NCBI GenBank assembly: GCA_024684515.1 | Contig: JAIKWS010000085.1 | Coordinates: 7,375-71,374, forward strand | Direction of reading: 5' to 3' | Length of the DNA stretch: 64,000 nt | Source: Prevotella sp. | GTDB lineage: Bacteria > Bacteroidota > Bacteroidia > Bacteroidales > Bacteroidaceae | Part shown: positions 25,301 through 33,910 of the stretch, piece after piece | Layout: every line of letters begins with the position of its first letter | Numbering within the stretch: position 1 is the first letter of the stretch | Position numbers and translations under genes: made by a program | Notes under the pieces: model-generated | Told to the model about the DNA's origin: nothing | The model's database searches: none | What the model saw: the letters and a program-made list of their open reading frames with translations, nothing else

Positions 25301-26350
25301 ATGTCAATCAAGCAATTCATAAACGGCATGGCGCTTTTACTCGCTGCAGGAACAATGGCTTCCTGCAGCTGGGTAAAAGACGACCTTGACGACTGTCCCT
25401 CCGGTGTGCGCGTACAGGTGCTGAAGGTAGAGACGGCCACTGCTGTGCAAGGTGATTTTGCCGATGAGGTGGATGGTGCTCGTATCAGCACGTTCGACGC
25501 ACAGGGGCATTATCTCGACACCTACCATATCTCGGGTAGTACCTTGAAGGAGAATGACTTCGTAGTAGAGTTGCCTATAGCGCCAGGACAATACCGGCTC
25601 ATCGTATGGACAGGGCTGGAGAGCGACGACTATGAGCTGCTGGGAACAGATGGCACGCGTGCCGACCTGAGCCCCGAGGACTTAACCATACGTCTGAAGC
25701 GTACTGCCGAGAGTAGGCAGGATGGCTATCTGCATCCGCTGTGGTATGGAGAGACCGATGTCGTCACGGTGGCCAGTACGGGGCTTACCATTATCCCTGT
25801 GGAACTGACGCGACTGAACAACACCGTGGTGGCTGTGCTCCAGGATATGAGTGGCGACCCCATCGATGCCGGTACCTATCAGTTTGAGATACAGGCTGAC
25901 AATGGTTGGATGGACTATCACAACCGTATGCTACAAGATGATATCATCCACTATGGCGCCTACCTCACGCAGACTGCCACACTTGATGCCAGTGATGTCA
26001 CTACCATTGGCGGGGAGAGTGCTGCCAGCTCACTCACCGTTGCCCGTGCCGAGCTGAACACCCTGCGACTGATGGCCGACAGAGAAGCCCGCTTCGTGGT
26101 GACGGAACGTGCCACAGGACAATGCATCCTGAACCTCAACCTGACAAAATACCTGCTGATGGTACGCGAACAGTTCGAGGGACGTGTGGGAAAGAAACTC
26201 TCCAATCAGGAATACCTAGACAGCGAGAGCCATTACAACATCATCTTCTTCCTCACCCCGAAGGGTGCCGTGGCAGAGGGGACCTATCTCCTCACAGCCC
26301 TGAGTATCAACGGGTGGATTGTCCGTCTGCAAGACAATATCGTGCTATAA
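25301..26350 (+). CDS. FimB/Mfa2-like pilus anchor candidate (349 aa)
   Basis: Lipobox MASC followed by SWVKDDLDDCP (acidic run plus a second Cys). No Thr-Arg processing motif. The C-terminal ALSINGWIVRLQD parallels the stalk C-terminus. It occupies the second position, as in the fimA-fimB and mfa1-mfa2 operons. Confidence 0.6.
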   Translation: MSIKQFINGMALLLAAGTMASCSWVKDDLDDCPSGVRVQVLKVETATAVQGDFADEVDGARISTFDAQGHYLDTYHISGSTLKENDFVVELPIAPGQYRLIVWTGLESDDYELLGTDGTRADLSPEDLTIRLKRTAESRQDGYLHPLWYGETDVVTVASTGLTIIPVELTRLNNTVVAVLQDMSGDPIDAGTYQFEIQADNGWMDYHNRMLQDDIIHYGAYLTQTATLDASDVTTIGGESAASSLTVARAELNTLRLMADREARFVVTERATGQCILNLNLTKYLLMVREQFEGRVGKKLSNQEYLDSESHYNIIFFLTPKGAVAEGTYLLTALSINGWIVRLQDNIVL

Positions 26351-28166
26351 GACCGTTGCGTTTACGTTGAACATTGACCTCAAATATATAATAAGGTTCG
26401 CGCGAAGAATCTTCTTCCTCGCCGTCCTGCTGCCGCTACTCTTGTCGTGTGCCGATACCGACGAGGGTGGTCAGGATGACGTTCGCACTGCCAATAGCAA
26501 GGTCAATGTCAAGGTATCGCTTTCTGTCAATGCACCAGGCAGCCAGAATGGCAATGCCTCCACGAGGACAGCAGATGCAGGTCCCTACCAGCTGACGGGT
26601 ATCGATGGTGAGAACCGGATTGTCACCCTCACCGTGTTCCTGGTACCCTACGACGGCACGAAGGAGGTGCGCACGGCTACGGAATACAAGACGATACCCA
26701 TCGTGAGCGGTGAGGTGGTGGATAATGGCAACGGTTCCTATACCATCAGTGCCGAGATGTCGACCACCATGGGTCAGAAGCATATCTATGTGGGGGCCAA
26801 TCTGCGCCAGGCACAGATGACGGCCTTTGTCAGCAACGAAGCCTTTAAGTCTACAGCCACCACACAGGCAGACGTGCTTGCAGAGATAATGGACCTCGAC
26901 AGCGATGGCAATGGCAGCAACATCGTGATGTTCGGTGCCTATAACGCGACAGCCAGTTCGGCGGGGGCAACGGAGGTGGAGATTGTAACTGGCACCACAG
27001 ACTATGACCTGACGAGCCACTCGGCTGTCAGTCTGGAACGTCTGGTGAGCAAGACACTCCTGACATTCTCCCTGCGTAGTGATTTCACGGGTGTTGGTGA
27101 TACAGATAGTCGGACGAATGAAGTAGCATTCAACGATATGTTTGAAAGTCGTGATGGCTACGGCACTGCCAACTATCACGGATGGTGTCAGTTGAGTGAT
27201 ATCAGCTATATACTAAACACCACCAACAAGCAGGTGTATCTGGAGCGGAAGCCATCAACAGTAGTGCATAGTGACGATAATACAGCACTTGACAATATGA
27301 ACAAGTACTGGAACCAGGACCCCAACCAGGCCATCACCAGTTACATCAGCTACGACGCTACGAATATGGCCATTACTAAAGATGATGGCTATAGCGATCA
27401 TTTCATCAACCTGACCCGCGACCAGTTTGTGTATAGCAGCTCCCCCTTCGATGCCAGTCTGATGGCTGCCTATCCCATTGCCTATGATGAATCATTACTG
27501 AACACTTCAGGCACCAACGCTGCCATAACAACCTCCAGTGCCCACCAGCAAACGGGTCTTTACTGTCTGGAGAATACTGTCAACAACGACTATGTGGCTA
27601 CAGATTGGGGCGGCGCCTCCGATGGCTTTACGGTCGACGATGTGGCAGAATATGTCACCACCCATATGGTGGTAGCTGTCCGCTATATCCCCAAGACCTT
27701 CTACGTGAAAAATGGCGACGTTCTCACAGAGACCACCTTTGCCACGCGGACTGCAGCAGAGACGGCACTCGCAGCATATAGCGACGCCATCGATGCCGTC
27801 ACTTATCCTGCCAATACCTATTGGGTGAATATCAAGGAGTATAAATACTACAACAGTGAGGCTCGCCGCCAGGCTATCACGAATGGCACCTACAATGCCG
27901 ACCAGTTTGTGAAGTATGTAGGTGGCTATAACTACTTCTACACTTTCATCGACCCATTACAGGCCACAGCCAATGGTGTGCTGACCTATGAAGGGAATGC
28001 CAGCAGTATCTGGGGCATGGACCGCAACAGCTATCATCTGCTGAACGTACCTGCCATCACGCTGCCCAGCACCCCGAACCTGACGGACTACATCCGCGTG
28101 AACAGCATCTCCACTCTCGACTGGAACAATCGCGGCAGCACCACCGTCAAAGTGACGCCACAATAA
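26319..28166 (+). CDS. Type V pilus accessory pilin-like lipoprotein (about 600-615 aa)
   Basis: Lipobox LLSC plus ADTDEG, Thr-Arg site (NASTRT) and a VSLERLVSKTLL motif. The ATG at 26319 overlaps the anchor gene by 32 nt; an in-frame TTG at 26367 is an alternative start. Confidence 0.55.
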   Translation: MSVCKTISCYKTVAFTLNIDLKYIIRFARRIFFLAVLLPLLLSCADTDEGGQDDVRTANSKVNVKVSLSVNAPGSQNGNASTRTADAGPYQLTGIDGENRIVTLTVFLVPYDGTKEVRTATEYKTIPIVSGEVVDNGNGSYTISAEMSTTMGQKHIYVGANLRQAQMTAFVSNEAFKSTATTQADVLAEIMDLDSDGNGSNIVMFGAYNATASSAGATEVEIVTGTTDYDLTSHSAVSLERLVSKTLLTFSLRSDFTGVGDTDSRTNEVAFNDMFESRDGYGTANYHGWCQLSDISYILNTTNKQVYLERKPSTVVHSDDNTALDNMNKYWNQDPNQAITSYISYDATNMAITKDDGYSDHFINLTRDQFVYSSSPFDASLMAAYPIAYDESLLNTSGTNAAITTSSAHQQTGLYCLENTVNNDYVATDWGGASDGFTVDDVAEYVTTHMVVAVRYIPKTFYVKNGDVLTETTFATRTAAETALAAYSDAIDAVTYPANTYWVNIKEYKYYNSEARRQAITNGTYNADQFVKYVGGYNYFYTFIDPLQATANGVLTYEGNASSIWGMDRNSYHLLNVPAITLPSTPNLTDYIRVNSISTLDWNNRGSTTVKVTPQ

Positions 28167-28180
28167 AAACAAAGAATGCA

Positions 28181-29215
28181 ATGAAGTGCCGACTGACATA
28201 CCTCCTCTTTCTGCTGATGCTGCTCAGTGCCTGCTCAGCCGAGGATACAGACTCCACACCTGACAGGGAGTCTCAAGACGTTGCGGTGAATGCCGCCCTC
28301 ACACGTGCCACGGCAGAGTCTGTCTCTGACGCGACAACCTTGACGGGGCCGCAGTTTATCTTCTGGACAGCCACCCATTTTGATGCTGACCCTCAGTCAC
28401 TGGCCACTCCCTTCATTGCACAAGTGCCATCGGGCACCATCGACGATTATAATTCCACCCGCTACAACACTTTCGAGCGCTATCCTGACAACAACGAACT
28501 GGTCTATGCCACCGGCTTCTGGCCGGCACCCGTCACTTCGGGTACAGGCCTCACCTTTACCTCGGCAAATGACTATACCTCTTTTGACATCCCGGAAGAG
28601 TGGGTTGGAAAAAAAGATATCCTGGTGGCCAATGGAGTTATTACAGGCAACGAGGCCCATCCCTTCACCACCTCCACACCCTTGGAGTTTATCCACGCCC
28701 AGGCACAGCTCATCATTTACGCCAAACTGGCCGATGACATGAGTAAGTTCGTGAAACATATCACGCTTGAGTTTACCAATGCATCTCGTCCCGAGCTGTT
28801 GGTATGGAACAAGCTGGCAGGCCGCTACGTCGTACAGGGTGGAAAGACCACCAGCCGTCTGGTTACCGACTATGGACAGACATTGGCCAACCAGCTCTCG
28901 AAGGACAGGACGCAGTTTGTAGACAATATTTTTATCGTGCCGACCACCTCCACTTCAGTTACTGCCAATATCAAGTTCTGGATGGCTGATACGGCAGAAG
29001 GCCTCAACGTGGAGTCTGACCTCATCAAGAAGGAGAGCGGCGACATCACGATTTCTTTTGTCGATGCAGATAGCAATCCCATCAACCTGAATGCCGGTGA
29101 CAGCTATACACTGACGCTTGAGTTTGGCGTTAACACCATCAATCTCTATGGACGGCTGAAGGCATGGGAAGATGGTGGCTATGTGGCAGTACCTATTAAG
29201 ATAGCTACCAGCTGA
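28181..29215 (+). CDS. Fimbrillin-family accessory lipoprotein (344 aa)
   Basis: Lipobox LSAC plus SAEDTD and a Thr-Arg site (ALTRAT). Same strand with tight spacing inside locus 2. Confidence 0.55.
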   Translation: MKCRLTYLLFLLMLLSACSAEDTDSTPDRESQDVAVNAALTRATAESVSDATTLTGPQFIFWTATHFDADPQSLATPFIAQVPSGTIDDYNSTRYNTFERYPDNNELVYATGFWPAPVTSGTGLTFTSANDYTSFDIPEEWVGKKDILVANGVITGNEAHPFTTSTPLEFIHAQAQLIIYAKLADDMSKFVKHITLEFTNASRPELLVWNKLAGRYVVQGGKTTSRLVTDYGQTLANQLSKDRTQFVDNIFIVPTTSTSVTANIKFWMADTAEGLNVESDLIKKESGDITISFVDADSNPINLNAGDSYTLTLEFGVNTINLYGRLKAWEDGGYVAVPIKIATS

Positions 29216-29246
29216 ACAGTTTATCCCTAGAAACATCAAACAAGGA

Positions 29247-31697
29247 ATGAAAAGTAGGTCATCATACATCAGCAGATTTGTCAGTGCAGTGTTCGCATTG
29301 CTGATACTGACGGCTTGTAGTAATGAGGAGGATACGGCTGACTATCAAGTCGGACATAGCTCTACTATCGCCCTGTCGTCCTATCGTCAGCAACTGCTCA
29401 CACGTAGCGATGCCGACCTGGCTACCTTCGAAGAAGATACCAAATATGCTCTCTTTGGACTGCCCACACAAACTACAGAAACAAACTATAACTGGAATAC
29501 TGGTAATGTATTCTCTAACTTTCCTCAGGAAGGAACGGAAAGCAGCAGCCATACCATCAGCTATACCCCTACAGCCAATTTCAGCTCCGATGCCCTCGAC
29601 TTCTATGCCCTGACCTATGGCACCACGACGATGCCCACTGTCGATGCCACTGCCACGGATGGCACCACTCCTACGATTACCGTCAGTGAGACCAGTGACC
29701 GCCTGCCCGACCTGATGCACTCCAATACCGTGAAGTCGAAGACGGCAGCTGATGGCGACCTGCTGTTGCCCTTCGAGCATGCCTGTGCTGCGGTGAACTT
29801 TGTCATTGCCAAGCAGAATGAGGACAACGACGAGGTATCGCATAAGATGCTGATGGATGTTAAGGTAACCAATATCACGCTGACAGGCGTGGCAGAGAGT
29901 GCCACGATGAACCTCGTCACGGGAGAGTGGACATGGACTGCAAGTGGTAGCCGCACTTCCTATAGCGATGCGACAGGCTATGCCATTACCAACGACGAAG
30001 AACCCATTGGAACTACTGACCTGCTCGTCATTCCTAACGATGATAGCGATGATGAGGCTGTGTCTACTGGCGAGCAAATTAAAGTCTCCATTTCATTGGA
30101 GAACCTCAAGGAATATGATTCAGCGAATTCAACAACAGATAATCCCGTATATACATTAATAACCAACAAAACCTTACCAGACGGAACAGAAATTACAGAT
30201 GGTAAGTGTACTGTAGAAATTGACCTTAAGGAATATAATAACGACGGCACGGAAAAGGGTCCCTTCCACTTCAAGCGTAACCACAAATACACCTTGGCAC
30301 TGATGGTGCTGCGTGGCAATGTGCGTATCGTCACCGTCTCGCCACAGGTGTACGAATGGGCGGATGTCACCATCGACGCCACCACCGATGCCGTATTGGG
30401 GCAGCCCGTCACTATCGGCGGGCTGATGTGGATGGACCGCAATGTGGGAGCTACCAGTGCTGACTGCGAAAACGACTGGTGGCATACCTGCGGACACGTC
30501 TATCAATACGGACGAAATATACCCTACATCATTAATCTCGATGCTATCATTGATGCAGATGGTAATGAAAAAGTAAATCTTGCAGGTAATACTACCTATC
30601 ATTATTTTGCTGCATCCAATGCCAGTACGAATCCTGGAACCTCGTGGTACAGCAGTGCTGGTATTTATCTCTTTTATACCTATAATGATGCTGGTGAAAA
30701 ATACTACAAGTGGATGAGTTCCAAAGCCTATAGATATGCCAGGCCAGAAGAAATGGCAGCCTACAAGACAGCTGGAACTGAATATCTGGCGATGAATCCG
30801 GGCGATGGTGGTGAATATGCATTCATTGCAGGTTCTGGTAACGGATGCACTGCCCGTTGGGCCTGGAATAGCAGTAAGACTGCAGACAGTCGCGATGCCA
30901 CCTATTGGATTGATGCCAGTGGAAACAACCATCCAGAAAACCAGCCTGTGCCAAAAGGATGGCGACTGCCTCGACGGGCTGACGGTTATAAGATTATGCC
31001 GGAGCCCGTTCAAAGTCAAAGGCCATGGTCAGATGTTGCAGCCTATCTCTTCCAGGGGACAACGGCCAACTTAAGTATTAATTCGGTGACTGGCGTAGGC
31101 AACTACCGCTTCCAATACGTTCGTGGACGTTGTAAGATAGATAAAAATGCTACTCCAGATGCTGACGGCCTTACCACCATTCTGAAAAATAGTAGCTATC
31201 CCCCTTGTGTCTACGGTATCAAGCATCAGGGTGAGGCGAATGCCTATCGCGTTCGGTTAACGATGATGGATAGTAAAACAAAGAGTAAGTCAGGCACCTA
31301 TACCCGACATTTCCTACGTATCGAGCAGTTTGCCTCTAATGCCTGTGAGATTTTCAAAACAGATATTGACAAGACAGGAGCTGTAAATAGTACGTACGCT
31401 AAGACAGGTACTAATTGTACAAAATGGAACCTGCAGGATTTTGATTGGGATCATCCAACGGGCTATATCGATTTCCCATTGCAAGGATATATTGACGCCG
31501 GAGGCGGAACACCCTTTTGGTCATATTTAGGGGATGCTACTATCATGCGTATACCCGAGTGGGACGGAAGTACAGGCGGTGATAGAAACTGGACCCTCTA
31601 TATGGCTCCACACACCTCTGGCGTGGCTGTAGGCAATGGTAGTCGTCGCTCCCTCGGCGACCCCATCCGACTGGTGCGTGATATCACGGCAGAATAA
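29247..31697 (+). CDS. Fimbrillin-like N-terminal region fused to a FISUMP-like (Fibrobacter succinogenes major paralogous) C-terminal domain (816 aa)
   Basis: Lipobox LTAC plus SNEEDT, Thr-Arg site (LLTRSD) and a FEHACAAVNFVI motif. The C-terminal half carries GGLMWMDRNVGATS...GHVYQYGRN...PVPKGWRLPRRADGYKI, resembling the recalled TIGR02145 pattern (WMxxNL...YGxLYxW...CPxGWRLP). Confidence 0.55.
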   Translation: MKSRSSYISRFVSAVFALLILTACSNEEDTADYQVGHSSTIALSSYRQQLLTRSDADLATFEEDTKYALFGLPTQTTETNYNWNTGNVFSNFPQEGTESSSHTISYTPTANFSSDALDFYALTYGTTTMPTVDATATDGTTPTITVSETSDRLPDLMHSNTVKSKTAADGDLLLPFEHACAAVNFVIAKQNEDNDEVSHKMLMDVKVTNITLTGVAESATMNLVTGEWTWTASGSRTSYSDATGYAITNDEEPIGTTDLLVIPNDDSDDEAVSTGEQIKVSISLENLKEYDSANSTTDNPVYTLITNKTLPDGTEITDGKCTVEIDLKEYNNDGTEKGPFHFKRNHKYTLALMVLRGNVRIVTVSPQVYEWADVTIDATTDAVLGQPVTIGGLMWMDRNVGATSADCENDWWHTCGHVYQYGRNIPYIINLDAIIDADGNEKVNLAGNTTYHYFAASNASTNPGTSWYSSAGIYLFYTYNDAGEKYYKWMSSKAYRYARPEEMAAYKTAGTEYLAMNPGDGGEYAFIAGSGNGCTARWAWNSSKTADSRDATYWIDASGNNHPENQPVPKGWRLPRRADGYKIMPEPVQSQRPWSDVAAYLFQGTTANLSINSVTGVGNYRFQYVRGRCKIDKNATPDADGLTTILKNSSYPPCVYGIKHQGEANAYRVRLTMMDSKTKSKSGTYTRHFLRIEQFASNACEIFKTDIDKTGAVNSTYAKTGTNCTKWNLQDFDWDHPTGYIDFPLQGYIDAGGGTPFWSYLGDATIMRIPEWDGSTGGDRNWTLYMAPHTSGVAVGNGSRRSLGDPIRLVRDITAE

Positions 31698-31710
31698 AAA
31701 AGACAGGATT

Positions 31711-32781
31711 ATGAGAAGATTACTGACGATATACAGCTTGGCATTCGTGCTTTTCCTCGTTGCCTGCAGTAATGAGGAGGAAGTGCTGAGCCCACAGCCC
31801 AAGGGGACGAAGATTCGTATCCTCGACCCGATGGTGTATGCAGGAGGGACGAACAGCTCAGCAGCAACACGGGCTGACCATACTCTGGGCGATGGGTGGA
31901 GCGGCTTTACAAGTGTACCACCACTTACCACTTTGCCCGTGGGCACTACGGTATGGTTGACCTATCGACTGAAGAATGCCGATGATAGTTGGAACACCCC
32001 CAATCTGCAGGCTTATGTCGTGCAGAACTCTGCTGGCTATAACGCCCTCTACCCTTGCAAGTCCACAGAGGATGGTGAGGGCTATCTCACTGTTACGACA
32101 CCCATAGAAACCACCACTCCTCTCTACCTGGAAGATGGTACCTACCAGTTCCGGATGGTCGCACCGGCTAATAAAATCAACAGGTCATCGCTGAGCATGC
32201 AGGTGGAGAATGGCATGTATCTCTATAGTAACGACGAACGATATACTCAGACAGCCAGCGCAGAAATTACGGTAACAAGTACAGAATCGGGTGTTCAGAA
32301 CATCCAACTGAATCCCATGATCCACCAGATGGCGCGCATCAAGGTGAAACTGAACAAGGGCAGCAATGTCTACAAGATGGAGATGATGCCACAGGGTATC
32401 GAGGTGTCGGGATTGCAGGACCCAGAGGAAGATGATAATGGACTGACTTTCGACTGGAGCTCACTCAACGTCGAAGACACACTGGAGATGAAGAAAGCCG
32501 ACAAGTATACCCGTACTTACATCAAGGAGTTTACCTACAATGACGACGGCTCCATAGAGGGCGACATCGGCATCCTGCCTACCGACTGTATGAGTACGCA
32601 GATGGTGCTGCTCTTCAATATCGCCGTGAATGGTATCCCCACGCAGTATGTGCTCACGCTGAAAGAGCGGAAGTTCTATCACGGACATTCGTATAACATG
32701 AACCTCTCTGTGGGACTCGACGGGAATATCACTGTCTTGAGCTGGGCCAACCAGAGCTGGACAGGAGAATTGGATATATAA
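31711..32781 (+). CDS. Fimbrillin-family accessory lipoprotein (356 aa)
   Basis: Start trimmed to MRRLLTIYSLAFVLFLVAC plus SNEEEV. Thr-Arg site (AATRAD) and a HQMARIKVKL motif. Confidence 0.55.
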   Translation: MRRLLTIYSLAFVLFLVACSNEEEVLSPQPKGTKIRILDPMVYAGGTNSSAATRADHTLGDGWSGFTSVPPLTTLPVGTTVWLTYRLKNADDSWNTPNLQAYVVQNSAGYNALYPCKSTEDGEGYLTVTTPIETTTPLYLEDGTYQFRMVAPANKINRSSLSMQVENGMYLYSNDERYTQTASAEITVTSTESGVQNIQLNPMIHQMARIKVKLNKGSNVYKMEMMPQGIEVSGLQDPEEDDNGLTFDWSSLNVEDTLEMKKADKYTRTYIKEFTYNDDGSIEGDIGILPTDCMSTQMVLLFNIAVNGIPTQYVLTLKERKFYHGHSYNMNLSVGLDGNITVLSWANQSWTGELDI

Positions 32782-32794
32782 AAAGAGGTAGTGA

Positions 32795-33712
32795 ATGATG
32801 ACGAAAACATACATAGGACTGCTGGCATCGGTGCTGTTGCTCAGTGCATGCAGCGAGGATGAGAACACATTAGCCGAGGAGAAAGAGGCCCGACTGGTGC
32901 CCGTGACACTGACACTGAGGGCAGCAGATGTGGCGGGGAACACCACACGGTCTGCATCGGCACTGCTCCCGGAGTGCGAGAACTGGATCTACGACTATTA
33001 CTTCGTGCAGTATAACAGCTCGGGCATCTCACTGACCTCTGGCCATCGACGTACTGACGTGACAACGGGCGACCTTGAAGTGACCGACAATATATGGCTC
33101 TACAATGCCAGTGGCTGCACCATCTGTCTGGTGGCCAATATCCGGCCTTCGGGCTTTACTATCACACCTCCTTCGTGGGCAGGAGACAGCTACCCCTCGT
33201 TCCCCGACAACCTGCCAACGTTTAAGACCTGGAAACTCGATATGGCAGACCATATTGCGGCAGCAGAGGCCGGCACCCTGAAGTTCATGCCGATGTGCGG
33301 CTACTGGGAGGGCGATGTCTCGGGGAGTACGGAGTCTGCACCGACAGCCATCACCTGCACCCTGGGACGTATGATTGCCCGCATCAATCTGGCACTCACC
33401 AACTCGTCGGGCAGCAGCATCTCTGGCATCACCATGAACAATATTGCCACCAAGGCATACCTCTATCCTCAGGTGAACAATACAGCCCTGGAGAGCACCG
33501 ACTATACCAACATCTCCAACACCTTTACCCTGGCCAACAACGCCTCTACCACCCGCTTCTTCTATTCTGCCCCCAACTATCCGGCCAGCAGCAGCTATGC
33601 CACGACACTGGTCGTAGGCAGCAATTCACTGCCCCTGGGTAATGATGTAGACAACAGCGATTACAATCTCTACATGAACACCATCTATTCCTTTAATATA
33701 ACGCTGAAATAA
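32795..33712 (+). CDS. Fimbrillin-family accessory lipoprotein (305 aa); last gene of locus 2
   Basis: Lipobox LSAC plus SEDENT, Thr-Arg site (GNTTRS) and a LGRMIARINLAL motif. Confidence 0.55.
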   Translation: MMTKTYIGLLASVLLLSACSEDENTLAEEKEARLVPVTLTLRAADVAGNTTRSASALLPECENWIYDYYFVQYNSSGISLTSGHRRTDVTTGDLEVTDNIWLYNASGCTICLVANIRPSGFTITPPSWAGDSYPSFPDNLPTFKTWKLDMADHIAAAEAGTLKFMPMCGYWEGDVSGSTESAPTAITCTLGRMIARINLALTNSSGSSISGITMNNIATKAYLYPQVNNTALESTDYTNISNTFTLANNASTTRFFYSAPNYPASSSYATTLVVGSNSLPLGNDVDNSDYNLYMNTIYSFNITLK

Positions 33713-33910
33713 GCGAGACCGGTATCTTCCGATAGCTGTTACGGGGCATCCTGGAGTGTAGCACAGAGACCGCTCAGAGGATGAGGGGATGTGTAGGAAG
33801 GACATGAAAAGGCTTGACTCTCGTCCTTGTTGGCTGCCACAATGCATGGCTACTGCAAGAAGTCTTGTGTCTTCCTTGCACTGGTGGTATCATCCTCTCT
33901 TTCTGCTGCC

